A stretch of DNA of 64,000 nt, from contig NW_021832230.1 in assembly GCF_006345805.1 (NCBI RefSeq), positions 215,003 to 279,002 of the forward strand, given 5' to 3'. The notes under the pieces are model-generated. The model was given only the letters and a program-made list of their open reading frames with translations. It did no database searches and had not been told where the DNA came from. The translations under genes were made by a program, and so were the position numbers. This DNA is from Octopus sinensis (Eukaryota). How positions within the stretch are numbered: the first letter of the stretch is position 1; each line of letters opens with the position of its first letter. Positions 22,362 to 34,614 of this stretch are shown piece after piece.

Positions 22362-24200
22362 ATTTTGGAAATGTTTCAATATTTAATATTTTCATAATTT
22401 TGATCCCTAAATTAATTGTAAGATGATTAGGTATGGACGCAGCCCTGTCGGCACCCACACGTGGCAATTTAACATGCTTTGGGATTACAAGTACTACTCT
22501 TTCACATTTTCAGGACGGAAACCCAAAACGTTAAACCAAAGACTTGACATTTTTATGTACAAAAAACACGGAATAGATCCAACGAAATTTGGAACGCTGC
22601 TCATCAGTTCTGGCCTAGTTCTCAACCCAAGAAACGTTTTTATCGGATTTCTAACGATAAAAGATACAGATTTTTCCATAATTTTGATCCCTGAATTAAT
22701 TGTAAGATCTTGAGTTTGAATAAAATTATGTATTGAAAAATGAAAATTGTTTTGTTAGAACTACTCTTGTATTTTGGAAATGTTTCAATATTTAATATTT
22801 TCATAATTTTGATCCCTAAATTAATTGTAATATGTGACATGGTTTGCGTGATACCTATGGGCCGCGCGATACCTGACGTGACCTTGCAGCTTAACTTAAT
22901 GTCAATATTGTAATGCAAATCTATAAAAATTGTTAAAAAAACTAACCTGCTATATACGTCAATGACCGTTAAAATCCATTTAAAATTTTTATTTATAGTA
23001 GAAAAACTTTTCAGATCTATAAGATATATCTGAAATCTTTCATTTGGGCAAGATGCAAAGACATGGTTATTTATATCTCCAATCTAGGATTTAAAAAAGT
23101 TAAAACTTTTAAGGGTCGCGCAAATTTACAAATTTCACAGTTTCGAATGACTTTTCGAATAATCTCATTTTTAACTGTGAAATATCGTTGTCGACATTCA
23201 TATTCAATTTTGTTAACTCCTCCATGCAAGAAGTCATGCAAACTTTTAGCAACGATCTCCATTCGGGTTCATTGTCCAGACAAATCACTAGCTTGTGATC
23301 TGAATTCGCACATTTAAGATACAATCTATACATTTACAATTTGTATGATACCTTTCATTAATTACAGTAAAATTTTCAATTTTCTTAACTAGTCTATATT
23401 TTTTTGCTTTGTAAGATGTTCAGGAAATTTATCCTGTAAAACATCTTTTAAAATTTGATATTCCAAACTATTCTTTACATAACTTTGTACGAGGACATTG
23501 CTGCAAAACATACTTGCACGCTAGAAATAACTCAAGAAATTTAGGTTTCCCACCAAAAAAATTAATTTTCGATAATTAAATTCTTACAAATATAATTTTT
23601 TGTCAAAATGAGAGAGTCTTTAGCTAATTTAGTAAATTATTAAATGATAAGAATGAGTCGCGGTCTAATTAAAAGATTTTATAATTAATCCCATCAATGT
23701 CATAATTGCACATTTCAAGGTCACGTCAGGTATCGCGCGGCCCATAGGTATCGCGCAAACCATGTCACATAATATGATTAGGTATGGACGCAGCCCTGTC
23801 GGCACCCATACGTGGCAATTTAACATGCTTTGGGATAACAAGTACTACTCTTCACATTTTCAGGACGGAAACCCAAAACATTAACTCCATCAACTTCCTC
23901 CAAAACCAAGGACTCGACATTTTTAGAAATTTAGAACGCTGCTCATAAGTTCTGGCCTTTTTCTCAACCCAAGAAATGTTTTTATCGGATTTCTAACGAT
24001 AAAAGATACAGATTTTTTCATAATTTTGATCCCTGAATTAATTGTAAGATCTTGAGAGGGGTAATGTATAGCTGATGTAAATGTAAGAATTTATGTTTAA
24101 AGTAATTTTGATATTTTCTGTTTGAATGTTTTTGGATAAAATTATGTATTGAAAAATGAAAATTGTTTTGTTAGAGCTACTCTTGTATTTTGGAAATGTT
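22362..24200 (+). repeat. Tandem duplication of a ~410-bp unit; the second unit is interrupted by a Ginger-like element
   Basis: Unit starts ATTTTGGAAATGTTT at 22362, 22771 and (partially) 24187. Confidence 0.85.
22833..23769 (-). mobile_element. Ginger-like DNA transposon family B (937 bp), truncated intron-containing integrase
   Basis: ~54-bp TIR TGTGACATGGTTTGCG(C/T)GATACCTATGGGCCGCGCGATACCTGACGTGACCTTG; TSD TAATA (22828-32 and 23770-74). H2C2 motif HDFLHGGVNK...IRNCEICK; rve start ASCPNERFQIYLIDLK...KWILTVIDVYSRFA. Introns 26, 23 and 26 nt. Confidence 0.92.
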
Positions 24201-24250
24201 TATTTTTATTTTCTGGAATTAGAATTATTAATCAACACGTTTCTCAAATC

Positions 24251-24840
24251 TTAATAATAAAATGGTATGGTGTGTGTCTGTCTGTCTGTCTGTGTGTCTG
24301 TCTGTCTGTCTGTGCACACCCACATTCAAATTGTTACAAACCAGATCAAATTGTCAAAACCTTCCCTTTTGTAGTTATTCGATAATGAGGCACAATAAAA
24401 GGTTGATCTTAATAATAAAATGGTATGGTGTCTGTCTGTCTGTGTGTCTGTCTGTCTGTCTGTGCACACCCACATTCAAATTGTTACAAACCAGATCAAA
24501 TTGTCAAAACCTTCCCTTTTGTAGTTATTCGATAATGAGGCACATAAAAAAATTATTTTCTGCGTTTTTGTTAAAATGACCAACAAGAAAGTCCTCGACT
24601 CACATGATGTGGTCCCCCAAAACCTTCAAGCCAAAAAATTAAAAAAAATTATTTTCTGCGTTTTTGTTAAAATGAACAACAAGAAAGTCCTCGACTTACA
24701 TGATGTGGTCCCCCAAAACCTTCAAGCCAAAAATTTAAAAAAAATTATTTTCTGCGTTTTTGTTAAAATGAACAACAAGAAAGTCCTCGACTCACATGAT
24801 GTGGTCCCCCAAAACCTTCAAGCCAAAAAATTAAAAAAAA
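24251..24840 (+). repeat. Composite satellite: 2 x ~158-bp unit with (CTGT)n plus 3 x 96-bp unit
   Basis: Units read directly; the array is bounded by an 11-bp direct repeat TTTCTCAAATC (24240-24250 and 24841-24851). Confidence 0.9.
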
Positions 24841-25969
24841 TTTCTCAAATCCGTTTATATATCATCTAAACTAAAAATCAATGAACGCTGTTTTTTTCTA
24901 AATTAAATTATTCTTATTACTTTCTTCCTATTTATATCCAATCTATAAATAAAAAATAAACTGCAGTTTGATTAAATTTTAATTAGTTTAGACTGAAATG
25001 AAAAATTGCATTAATTATGATCCACTATTATTAACTAGCAATTTTTTTTATCAATTATTTTTTTTCTGGATACAAAGAATCAATAACATTTATAAAAAAA
25101 TTCTTAGCTTAATATCAACAATCTTTTACTATGATACTTTTTCCGCCTTTGTGTAACGAGGAAAATAAGATTTTCCTAGTTTCGATTAGAATCTTGGTTT
25201 TATGTAATCTATCTTGATGTTTCCTCATGGTGAACTAAAAAAGAAATTTATCTACATGACATTGATTTTTTAATAATGAGATAATTTAAATAATTAACAA
25301 TTACAATCCTGGTTAAAATCGAAACTAAACATAATAAAAGCGGATTAAAAGCTTACATATTTCAAAGTCCATTCTAATCACTTTTTAAAAAATCTTTAAG
25401 GTCACTAAATTAAAAATAATTGTAATCCAATTATTTGATTTCAATAGAAAATATGACTTTATGGCCAGATAAATTCAGCAATTTTTTGGCCCTTTTTTGC
25501 AGGCGGGAACCAAAAATCGGGACTAAAAATTTAAAAATAACCAGATTTTTAGTAACAAATCTTATTTTGTAATTTTTTGGACTTGTAGTTATCTAAATTA
25601 AAATATTGAAAAATTCAAAATTTTAAATAAAATTTTCCCGGACATTTCCATATACACTAATAATTCAGTAGGGAAATCTCCCAAATTAGCTTCTTGAATG
25701 CTATTCCATGGCATTGAATTTGTTCTTTTTTTTAATATTATGCAATCTCACATGGATCTTCCTTAAAGTCGATAGAATTAATACTTTGAATAGCATCTTT
25801 AACAGTATAAAAAGTATCTTCACATTTCTTTTTTCATTCGATTAGACATTTGTAAAATGCTATGTTTGCTAGGTTCCGCTCCAGTGAATCAAAATTTATC
25901 GCCTTCTTTGCATTCAAAACAATTTTTCCATTGTTCGATAACGAGGAAACTATCTTTTGGATTTTGTTC

Positions 25970-27945
25970 AAATGATTAACATCAAACTAAGTGAGATTAA
26001 TAACGAACTAAATGGGATTAATAAAGGATTACGTTTATTATAAATATTATAATTCGACGCAGCAAATAAAAATGCCACGTAAATCATTGGAGGAGAAAAA
26101 TCAAATGCATAAAAAAATACATTTAATTTCAGCTGCAGAATCAGGTGGGGATTGGAAAAAAACAGCACTTGAACTCAATATCTCGAGAACAACAGCATAT
26201 CGTTAGATAAAGGATGGAGTTAAACCTGACACGAGAGATGGAAATTATAGAAAAAAATTGACAAAGAACATGTAGACTTTTTTATATCATGCATTGAAGA
26301 CGATAACACAATTACCCTTCATAGATTAAAACGAAAATTTGAATTAAATTTTCCAAAATTATCAATATCAAAATCAAGTATCGCTCGACATCTCGATCTA
26401 AGTACTTGAACAAATAATTGTAGATAAAATGAAAACCATTACATTAAAAGATTGTGTAAGCTTTATTTCTGGAATACAGGGAAATATTGCCGACACACTA
26501 AATATGGTGTCACCGTCCAGATAGGTCGGGGCGCCAGATCGGTTATGTATAAAATTTTTAATAGAAACTACCTTTCGGAAGTTATTTTCTTTTTCTGTTC
26601 ATTCTTTTGTTGATTTTAATATTATTTTTGCCAAAATATTGAAGTTACTGTGTTCATAAAAAACCAACATCCAGTCATTTCCAGATAATTACCGTATTGA
26701 TTTTGCATTTTATTTAAAAACGCTTTAATCAAGGTTAGCCAAACAATTCTCAACAATAAAGCTTATTAGAACAATCCATTTTTAATTTTTAAAAATGTTG
26801 TAAATTTCTATTTTTATCATTAAAACTTTAAAATACAATCCGGCCAACTGCTGGATGATTCAATCTGAATATTTTTCCCTATGCGGCCTTCGGCCGCGTC
26901 GAATTTGTAACAATGGCACAATTATTTCACAATTAAGTAAACATGACACGAGAAAAAACACAGAACGAACCCCATGAATATTTGCAGTTAAAGTTTTTTT
27001 ACTCTGCTAATATGTATCCTTTGATCTTTTTCATCCTCTTCATTAATTATCGTTACGAGTTCTCGATCCCTGTTTTCACAATATATTTTTGTGCAGATAT
27101 CTCGTCGTATAATGGGTATTTTCTATAACCCGGGTTTGCATTCCCATCATGGCGTATTAAAATTTCATCGCCACTTTCAACTTCATCATATTTCCATTTT
27201 CTCCGCCTTTTCATTTTTTCTCCCGATTTTACAACTGGGGAAGAAGCAATAATAGACGTTATTGCTGGTTTAGTCGCAAGCAATCGTTTCGACTAGAATT
27301 AATAAAATTGGTAATTTACCTGACAATAAACACATTTAGATACCACATCAGTACGTCTGGCACCATAAATGGTGAGTGTAAATAAACTGTACAATTTATC
27401 ACTTCCAAAGTGATTAAGATTGTGTTGAGCCTAATTTAAATAAACAAATACACTACTTCAATGAATTTTAACTTAAGTTCAGTGTCTTCGATACAAAAAA
27501 ACGCAACTTTGAGCCATTTTTAGAAATGTAGGTGTTGTTCTCCTTGAAACTAAATTTTTTGGCATATCTCCGTATTCATGCCCTTTCTTCCGAACTCAAG
27601 GAATCATCAAGGTGGCCTGATTCCAAATACTCCCTAATTTTTTCGAGGGTGTCTCGAGTTAATTCAACTAAAACCATTGATTAATGCTAATCTTTTCAAC
27701 TTTTTAGAACTTTTTTATTAATAAGATTTTATTTTTTTATTATCAATATTTTTTTGCAATGAAATTTTTTGTAGGAAAAATATTTGTTTTGTATTTAGAT
27801 AATTGACCTGACCGATCTGGCGCCCCGGCCGGTCTGGACGGTGACATATGGTTAACATAAAATTTTAAACAAAGAATTTTTTGGTGTTAATCCCATTTAG
27901 TTTGCTATTAATCCCATATTGTTTGGTATTAATTTCACTTTGGTA
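25970..27945 (+). mobile_element. IS630/Tc1-like element, internally deleted, 21-bp-repeat ends, interrupted by Ginger-like family C
   Basis: MPRKSLEE...WKKTALELNISRTTAYR*IKDG...ITLHRLKRKF...SISKSSIARHL (HTH region), jumping to a C-terminal remnant. 21-bp arrays in inverted orientation at ~25975-26020 and ~27875-27945. Confidence 0.72.
26508..27846 (-). mobile_element. Ginger-like DNA transposon family C (1339 bp), integrase with catalytic core deleted
   Basis: ~36-bp TIR TGTCACCGTCCAGA..GG.CGGGGCGCCAGATCGGT; TSD TATGG (26503-07 and 27847-51). MVLVELTRDTLEKIREYLESG...IRRYAKKF, HNLNHFGSDKLY...SKCVYCQ, ITSIIASSP joined directly to KMKRR...EVESGDEILIR. Introns 26 nt (27431-56) and 27 nt (27293-319). 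Confidence 0.9.
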
Positions 27946-28272
27946 TCAATTCTATCAAAGTACCACAAGGGCTATCTCAGGTAGTTAGGAGTCAATAGGT
28001 ACATTCAGGCCTATATAAAGTCCACTGGCCTGAGAGGACTTTAAAGAGTGTATTTATTAATGCACGCAGATTTAGCCCCCTAATTTCTCATGGGCAGATG
28101 GACCGGTTGAAAAAAACTCTCTTCGAGGTGTTTCTTCGACTAGAAGCAAAAGAACTAATTTCCATAGTTCGCAAGGGATAAGTCATTAGATTAATTTAGT
28201 TAACTTTTATTTATCTCTGTTCTTTGGTTAATAAAGTATATTTTTAAATTTAAATAATATTGGTTTTGTTCA

Positions 28273-28608
28273 ATGTGTGAGAATCCGTTATTTTACGATT
28301 TTAAAGAAAGTTTCGACGATCAGGAAGTATCATTTCATATAACAAATATGCCTGGTTTTTTAATAGTATGGATAGGAACTTTGCCCGTTTTATCGTCACT
28401 GTACATGAGTTCCCCCATATTCTCGGATCATCCATCATACAGTTTGTGGGAAAGTAATGACGAGAGTAATTATAGTTGTATTGCTTCGAGACTTTCAATG
28501 ATATGTGGAAAAACTGTTTTTCTTTCTATTAGTCTAAACAACTTGGATAATGATTTTCTTAATTTTATTCAATCTCGTATTGCTGGTTATCTTCGAAATA
28601 TTAATTAA
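28273..28608 (+). CDS. PSMG4: Proteasome assembly chaperone 4 (PAC4), single exon
   Basis: FHITNMPGFLIVWIG...LSSLYMS...IASRLSMICGKTVFLSISL resembles PSMG4 (FHVMRL..SLFLWVG...AQRLARKTNKQVFVSYNL). Confidence 0.8.
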   Translation: MCENPLFYDFKESFDDQEVSFHITNMPGFLIVWIGTLPVLSSLYMSSPIFSDHPSYSLWESNDESNYSCIASRLSMICGKTVFLSISLNNLDNDFLNFIQSRIAGYLRNIN

Positions 28609-29086
28609 CTTTTCGTTATAAATAAAAAATGACTACTTGTTTTGAGTTTTCTTGAGTAAAAAAGTTCTATAGTGATGAAATGACTTTTTGTTAATCTAAA
28701 TCATGTCCATATACCAATTCCTTAGTGAAGTTGTACTCATTTTATTTGTTAACTTATTTACTGTTGACATAATGAATATCTTCGTCAATAAAAAATGATT
28801 TTTAGACTAGCTAATAATACCAAAAATTAAGAAAGAATCTTTATTTTTATGTTGAGTATTTCGTTATTTTGGCTGATGACAAAAATAGAGGGGTGACTAT
28901 TTTTTATCCTAAAAATAATTATTTACTATTAACCCCACGTGCCTTAATTCATACTCAAATATTCATACTGAAATCCTGACTATACTAACATTGCAAAATA
29001 AATGTAAAAATAATGAGTTTGTCCCATAAATGTAAACTAATAAACAATTCCTCAATAATAATATTAAAAAAATGTTCCCACAACTA

Positions 29087-31657
29087 CTAAAAATTTTTCT
29101 TATGTCTTTTAATCTGCACAATAAGATTATGCACTGATATAATATCCGATGGAAGGGGTCCGCACTGTCCAACAATTGAGCAGAAACGACTATAATAATT
29201 TACCAATAAAGCCAAAATTCCCTGAGATAAAAAACATTTGATCTACCTTTAAAATATTTGACCCATTCGTAAAATTAGAAAATGAAAGCGTCACATCAGA
29301 ACAAATCTTCTCAATAAGAGACTTCCAATGAGTATTAAAATGTTTAATGACTCGTTCCAAACAAGAATCATAACTCAACTCTAAAGTAGTAATAATAATA
29401 AAACTATCAATCTGGTCAATAGCAATTTCTTCATATTTTTTAACAAATACAATCAAATCGGAAAAGAAAATAAGAAGTATTTCCTCACTGTAATCTTTAC
29501 ACCACTTGTTCAATTTATTTTGGCATGCCTCCACTTCACTGCTGGAAGTCACATGAAACTAATGCGTAAAATAAAAATGAAAACAAGGAGAGTAGAAAGA
29601 ATCACATCGTAGTTGTTGATTGCAAGTGAAAACTGATCCAATGACTTTGGAAAGAAAGAAGCCATTCTTTGAATGAAAATGTCAGTTTGAGTCCACAACT
29701 GTTCAATATATACGTATAGAGTTTGTGAATATCCTCGTTTATTAATAGCCGTTAGCGAAGATAATAATTCGGCACAGCGACGAACAACCTAGTATTAAAA
29801 TTATGGTAATTCACAAAAAATGGAGAATGTGGCGAATAATCCATTCCTCCCAGATCTCGCATATCGAAATTTCTCAGACTGTCGAGATTCAGCCCAAAAA
29901 TACAGACAAATCTCTCCCAAAACATCTGATAGGCCATAAGCCAGTAGCTAAAAATGTCAATTAAGCATAATTTAAATATGGTTTCGCGCTATTTTATGGC
30001 TTCAATTCATTATTTAAATTAAAAATACTAATTAATAAAATACCTATCCATCGAATAAATTTTATCTTCATTTGCTGCGTTTTTTAATTTAAGTAAAATC
30101 TGGGAGCAAAGAAGCATTCCAATGACGTCAAAAGAATTGGAAATGTTAGTCGCCATCAACTTCTACAAATAATTGGAATTAACGAACCGTCAAAAAGTGG
30201 CACGTGGAATCAATAATCTTAGAGTGGAGGAAGGATAACAATTCATTGTCACGAAGAATAAAAAAATCATTCAAAAATATAAATTCGCGAGAATAATTTG
30301 CCAAAAGAGCATATTGTTCACTCCGCAAAAGTACTTCGTAGTTATGCTAAGAAGACACTTAGTACTACAAATACATTTTTCATATTATTCTGATCGATAT
30401 AGGGAACTATCACCTGTCCCATAATATCATTAAGAACTTCGTCCCTTCGGTCGATGGAGAAGAGAGAAGCACTACGCGAAATGTTTCCAGAAGATGAATT
30501 TACAATAGTATTAGTAAAGATATCTAAAAATAGAAGTATAAAATAAAACTTTTTCTTCTTTCTTTAACGCTGGCTAATAAAATTTTTCCATTTGTCCGAT
30601 GATCTACGACCTAAGAAAAAAAATAATAGAACAACGATTAAATCGGAAAGGGCTTTGCTATATGCTTTGAAATAAGAATAATAAAGGCATTTCATAGTAT
30701 TTCCATACTCTTCTAAGATTTTAAGAGCACAGTCAGGTCTATGAGCAAGCAGAAAGGTATATAAATCTCTAAAAATAATTATAAGAAACAAACCTGTGCT
30801 CCATAAGTGTTTCCTGAAGGTATTGATAATTTGAAAGAGTCCCTCGCAGTTCATATATTTTTGAATTCAAAAAATCATGTATTTTTGTAGAAGCCTTAAT
30901 GGAAAATTAATATCAAACATGTTTTATGACTATTTCTAAATTTTCAATCACCTCTTGACAAGCTTTTGGTTTTTCCTCGTCAAAATTCGTTATAAATTGC
31001 ATTTTTCGATCTAACATTTCAAGTTGGTTTTTAAACTCGCTTTCAGTGACTGGCAAGTTAATTATAATTCTAAAACATATTCCATTAATTAAAATAATTA
31101 GAAAAATTTAAATATGTGATAATGAAACCTCATCACTGAATCAGGTACTGTAAGCTCGTCGAGAATTGGTCCAAGCCGATTTGAAATTGACTGACAATTT
31201 TTAGTGACAATTTGAATTCCCTGAGACTGACTTTGAAGAGAAGTAATTTCCTCGTTGAGAGTGTTAATATTTTTTAAGAATCCACATAGAAATGTTTCTA
31301 TTTTCTAGTTATTCATAAATGAATAAAATACTTCGAGAACTTTATCACATTCTGAAATTTTTTTCCTGACAATATTTACATTTTTTGCCTCCTTTAAATC
31401 TAAAATGTTATTATCTAATAAAAACATGTCTGAATAGCGACATCTTTGGATTGTTCCAATTGTTTCTTAGCATCTTTAATATAATCGTCGAGGCTTATGT
31501 CCTAAATAGCATAGCTATTGAGCTAATCAACCTTATTAAGAGAAAGTTTCATTACTTCATCTGAAATCAATTCGTCGTCGTTCACTATTCTAGTAAACAA
31601 AATATTTTAATTACATGTCAGTAATTCAAGTAACTCTTTATCTTCCTTTGTACACAT
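29087..31657 (-). CDS. VPS52: GARP/EARP complex subunit VPS52
   Basis: KKISECDKVLE...EITSLQSQS...LPVTESEF...YTFLLAH...EYGNTMKCLYYSYFKAY...HWKSLIEKICSDVTLSFSNFTNGSNILK...IISVHNLIVQIKRHKKNF*. Start codon approximate. Confidence 0.88.
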
Positions 31658-32656
31658 CAAATAATTAGCCACATAGGTCAATTCATACTATTTTATTTAA
31701 AAAAATTTTAATTAAAAAGTTTTTTTGTACAGAAAATAATTTCAAAATAAACTAACTCTGTTTTGAGTACATTTCTCTTTTCGGAAATAGATTGCGCGTA
31801 ATAATATTCAAAAAATATTTAATTCATGTCTTTTCAATATAAAAAGGTCTTTTATGTTTAATGCTAGTGAAACTCATCACAGACTAGGTTTGTAAAAACC
31901 AAGCATTTTTATCATTTTACTTGAGAATTAACAAAATGTTACATTAACCAACAAATAAATACCTCAACAACGTACTGAGACTCAGTGACTATATGTGTAG
32001 ATGTGAAGTAAAGATGTAATTCGATTGCCTTTGTGGTTAATCAAGTTCGTTTCACGTATGTAGAGGACATCTACAATACGACAAATTTGATATAAGAAGT
32101 GTTAAGCCATAGAAGAGCATATTATGTGGTGAGCATATCTCCATTATCTTCGTTCTCTGTTTGTACAGCTAAGTACTCCCTGCTAGTTCAAAAAAATGTT
32201 GATAGAACAGACAGACAGAAATTTTTATTAAAAAAATAAGAGACTGTTACAGAAATTTTTTGACGTCCGATACAACGAGACGACTGCTCTAGGTACTCTA
32301 ACTCTTCTGAGGAAACGTCTATTTTCTGTCTGGAGCAAGCTGGGCGGTTACTGGTCCCGATCGATAAATAGGTCGGTCACTCCGGAAAGACCGGATAGAT
32401 TTCTCAATGACCTAAAATATCGATAAAACATCACACCGGTTATATAATAAACAATTATTGACGATATCAAGAAATTCGCTCAGCGTATAGAAAGCATCCA
32501 TTCGATTTCAAAAATTTCGAGTCATTTAACAAAAACTATTGGTCAAGTCTTGGATGAGCACAAAGTTATAAGTATCTTGTTGTAGTGAACTACATACAGT
32601 CCTGACATAATAATTTAAAAAAACTAAAAATCTTATTTAAACAAAACAGGAAAAAA

Positions 32657-33182
32657 TCAGCCACTGCATCCACGACATCCACAATGAACACATTCAATTA
32701 TTCTGCCCTGTATGAAAAATAACAAAAACTATTTTAAAACCCTTTCCAATTTGGTTTTTGGAACTCTGCAAATACAATTTGTATTAAAATTAGTGTCTGT
32801 TGGCTGAATACACCTCAGACAGCACAAATTCTCAAATCCGTTCTTTTTCCATTTTGCAATCAGATTTCCGTCAGCAATTTTTTCGTCAATACAATATTGG
32901 AATAATTCTAAAATATTCGGAATATTATTAAAGCACCTTTACTAATTGATTTGTTTTTATTATAGAGATCGAAGATATATCGAGATTTTTGGTTTTGAAT
33001 TTTAAAAATCGGCCACAGAGATTCTACTTTTCTTTTTCCTTCGTGTGGTTCATTTTCGACTAAATTATATAAGCTATAATTCTGTTACCTTCTCTCATAC
33101 GGTCTTCTAGTTCATTTATTTTGGGCTCAATTTCTTCCCAGCCTTCGGGTGCAGGCTTTCGGCTGCGACGTATTTTACCCAT
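32657..33182 (-). CDS. BUD31: BUD31/G10 spliceosomal protein
   Basis: [20 protein letters not shown]...[18 protein letters not shown]...[20 protein letters not shown]...CICRVPK...[14 protein letters not shown]. Confidence 0.97.
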
Positions 33183-33319
33183 CTATTATATGTGATACAA
33201 ATAAGAACCACAACAAGCGAACGATAAACTAAGTTTATTTACAAATCTGATTTTAATTAAAAAAATATTAATGTAATGAACAAATAACACTATATTTTTC
33301 CTTTATGTCAAGGAACGGA

Positions 33320-34400
33320 CTGAGATTCAGATTCAGGCAATGAAAGTTTTGAAGGACAATGGAAGGTACTATGAAGCAGTTGGAAATAATTTCTGAGAAT
33401 GTTCAAAGACCATGTGCTAAGCTCAAAACAATAAAAGTCCAGGACCAGATGAACTAAGACCAGAACTACTTAAGTAGGGAAGTGAAAACTTACATGTAAC
33501 CATAGCGGACCTCTTTAACGGAATATTTAAAATAAATGATCATCCCCCTGGGACAAAGGATACTGTTCTCTGTCCAAAACCGATCAAAGGGAAAGTAAAG
33601 AACCTCGGGCCAGTAATCCACATGAATGCATACAGATAGTGCTGGCGATTATTACTTTACAAAGAATTAAATCTCGACGGAACTATTTATATCCGAACTA
33701 TTTATATCCCCCGTTATCTCTTGTGCTGTTTGTCGTATATCTGGAAGCTGCATTGAGAGACTTAATACCATACTATGAAGGAAAGTTCAATGTGGTGGCA
33801 CATAGAAATGATGTGAATTTTATTTTTTTGAGGAATGCTCTGGAAAGCCTATTGAGAGTGATGCCAAATAAACTTTTGGAGTAGTTCCTCAATGTCGATG
33901 TGGCGAAAACAGAATTTAGTGAACTTGTCAGACAAATTTCCAAGTTGAACGAACACTCGAGAAAAGTTAGGAAACTTGGATCTCTATTGGGAGATAAACA
34001 AGGCGTAATTATGCGGACAACACACACAAACAGCGCACTACGTAGCCTAAATGGAAATTAGCTAAACACAAAGGACTCAGCATACAAACACGGATACTCT
34101 TATACAATTCACTGGTGAAACATATCTTCCTCTATAATTCAGAAACATGGGGACTTTATAATACGAACAATCTTAGTCTAGACTCGTTCTATAGAGATCA
34201 ATTTTCACGTAGCATCCAAATAGCATTCGAGGCTCAGCTGTTAAACGGTTTATGCCAAGACGTCAAGCACACCAATATCTCTCAAAGTTACAGAATACAA
34301 GTGGAAGCTATTTGGATACATTTTAAGGATGGATTTCTAGGCACCGGCAAACACCGCTATGGAGGACTATTTCGAAGCGGACAGCCCACATTTGAAATGC
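33320..34400 (+). mobile_element. Degenerate RTE-like non-LTR retrotransposon (RT), internally deleted
   Basis: LKNNKSPGPDELRPELLK*G...IADLFN...; LSLVLFVVYLEAALRDL; KLGSLLGD; FLYNSETWGL. Confidence 0.75.
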
Positions 34401-34614
34401 CATACGTATATTTTCTATGTAGTTTAATTGAATTTATTAAATCTATCTATGTGCGCATTAATTTTATTATTTTGATTCTGATAATTTTTGTTAAAATGGT
34501 TTAATTAATTAAAATTATTGACAGATTCCTCAAAAATCTTAATTAAAACAAATTCTATTCCTTGTGGTTTTTTACTCGTTTAATTGCGGTGTTGTATTAT
34601 TATTCTTGTGACCA

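Larger units (their letters stand above)
5638..24780 (+). repeat. Large segmental duplication, copy 1 (copy 2 at 45458->64000)
   Basis: Collinear sequence from TTTGAAAAACTAGAAAGGCACA onwards; same genes and ORFs in the same order in the ORF track. Confidence 0.97.

Noticed and set aside
24251-24840. CRISPR-like repeat array
   Set aside because: Units are contiguous tandem repeats without unique spacers; eukaryotic context and no cas genes.
31900-32600. Possible decayed RT fragment or gene between VPS52 and BUD31
   Set aside because: Only a GPDR-like hint; stops in all frames.
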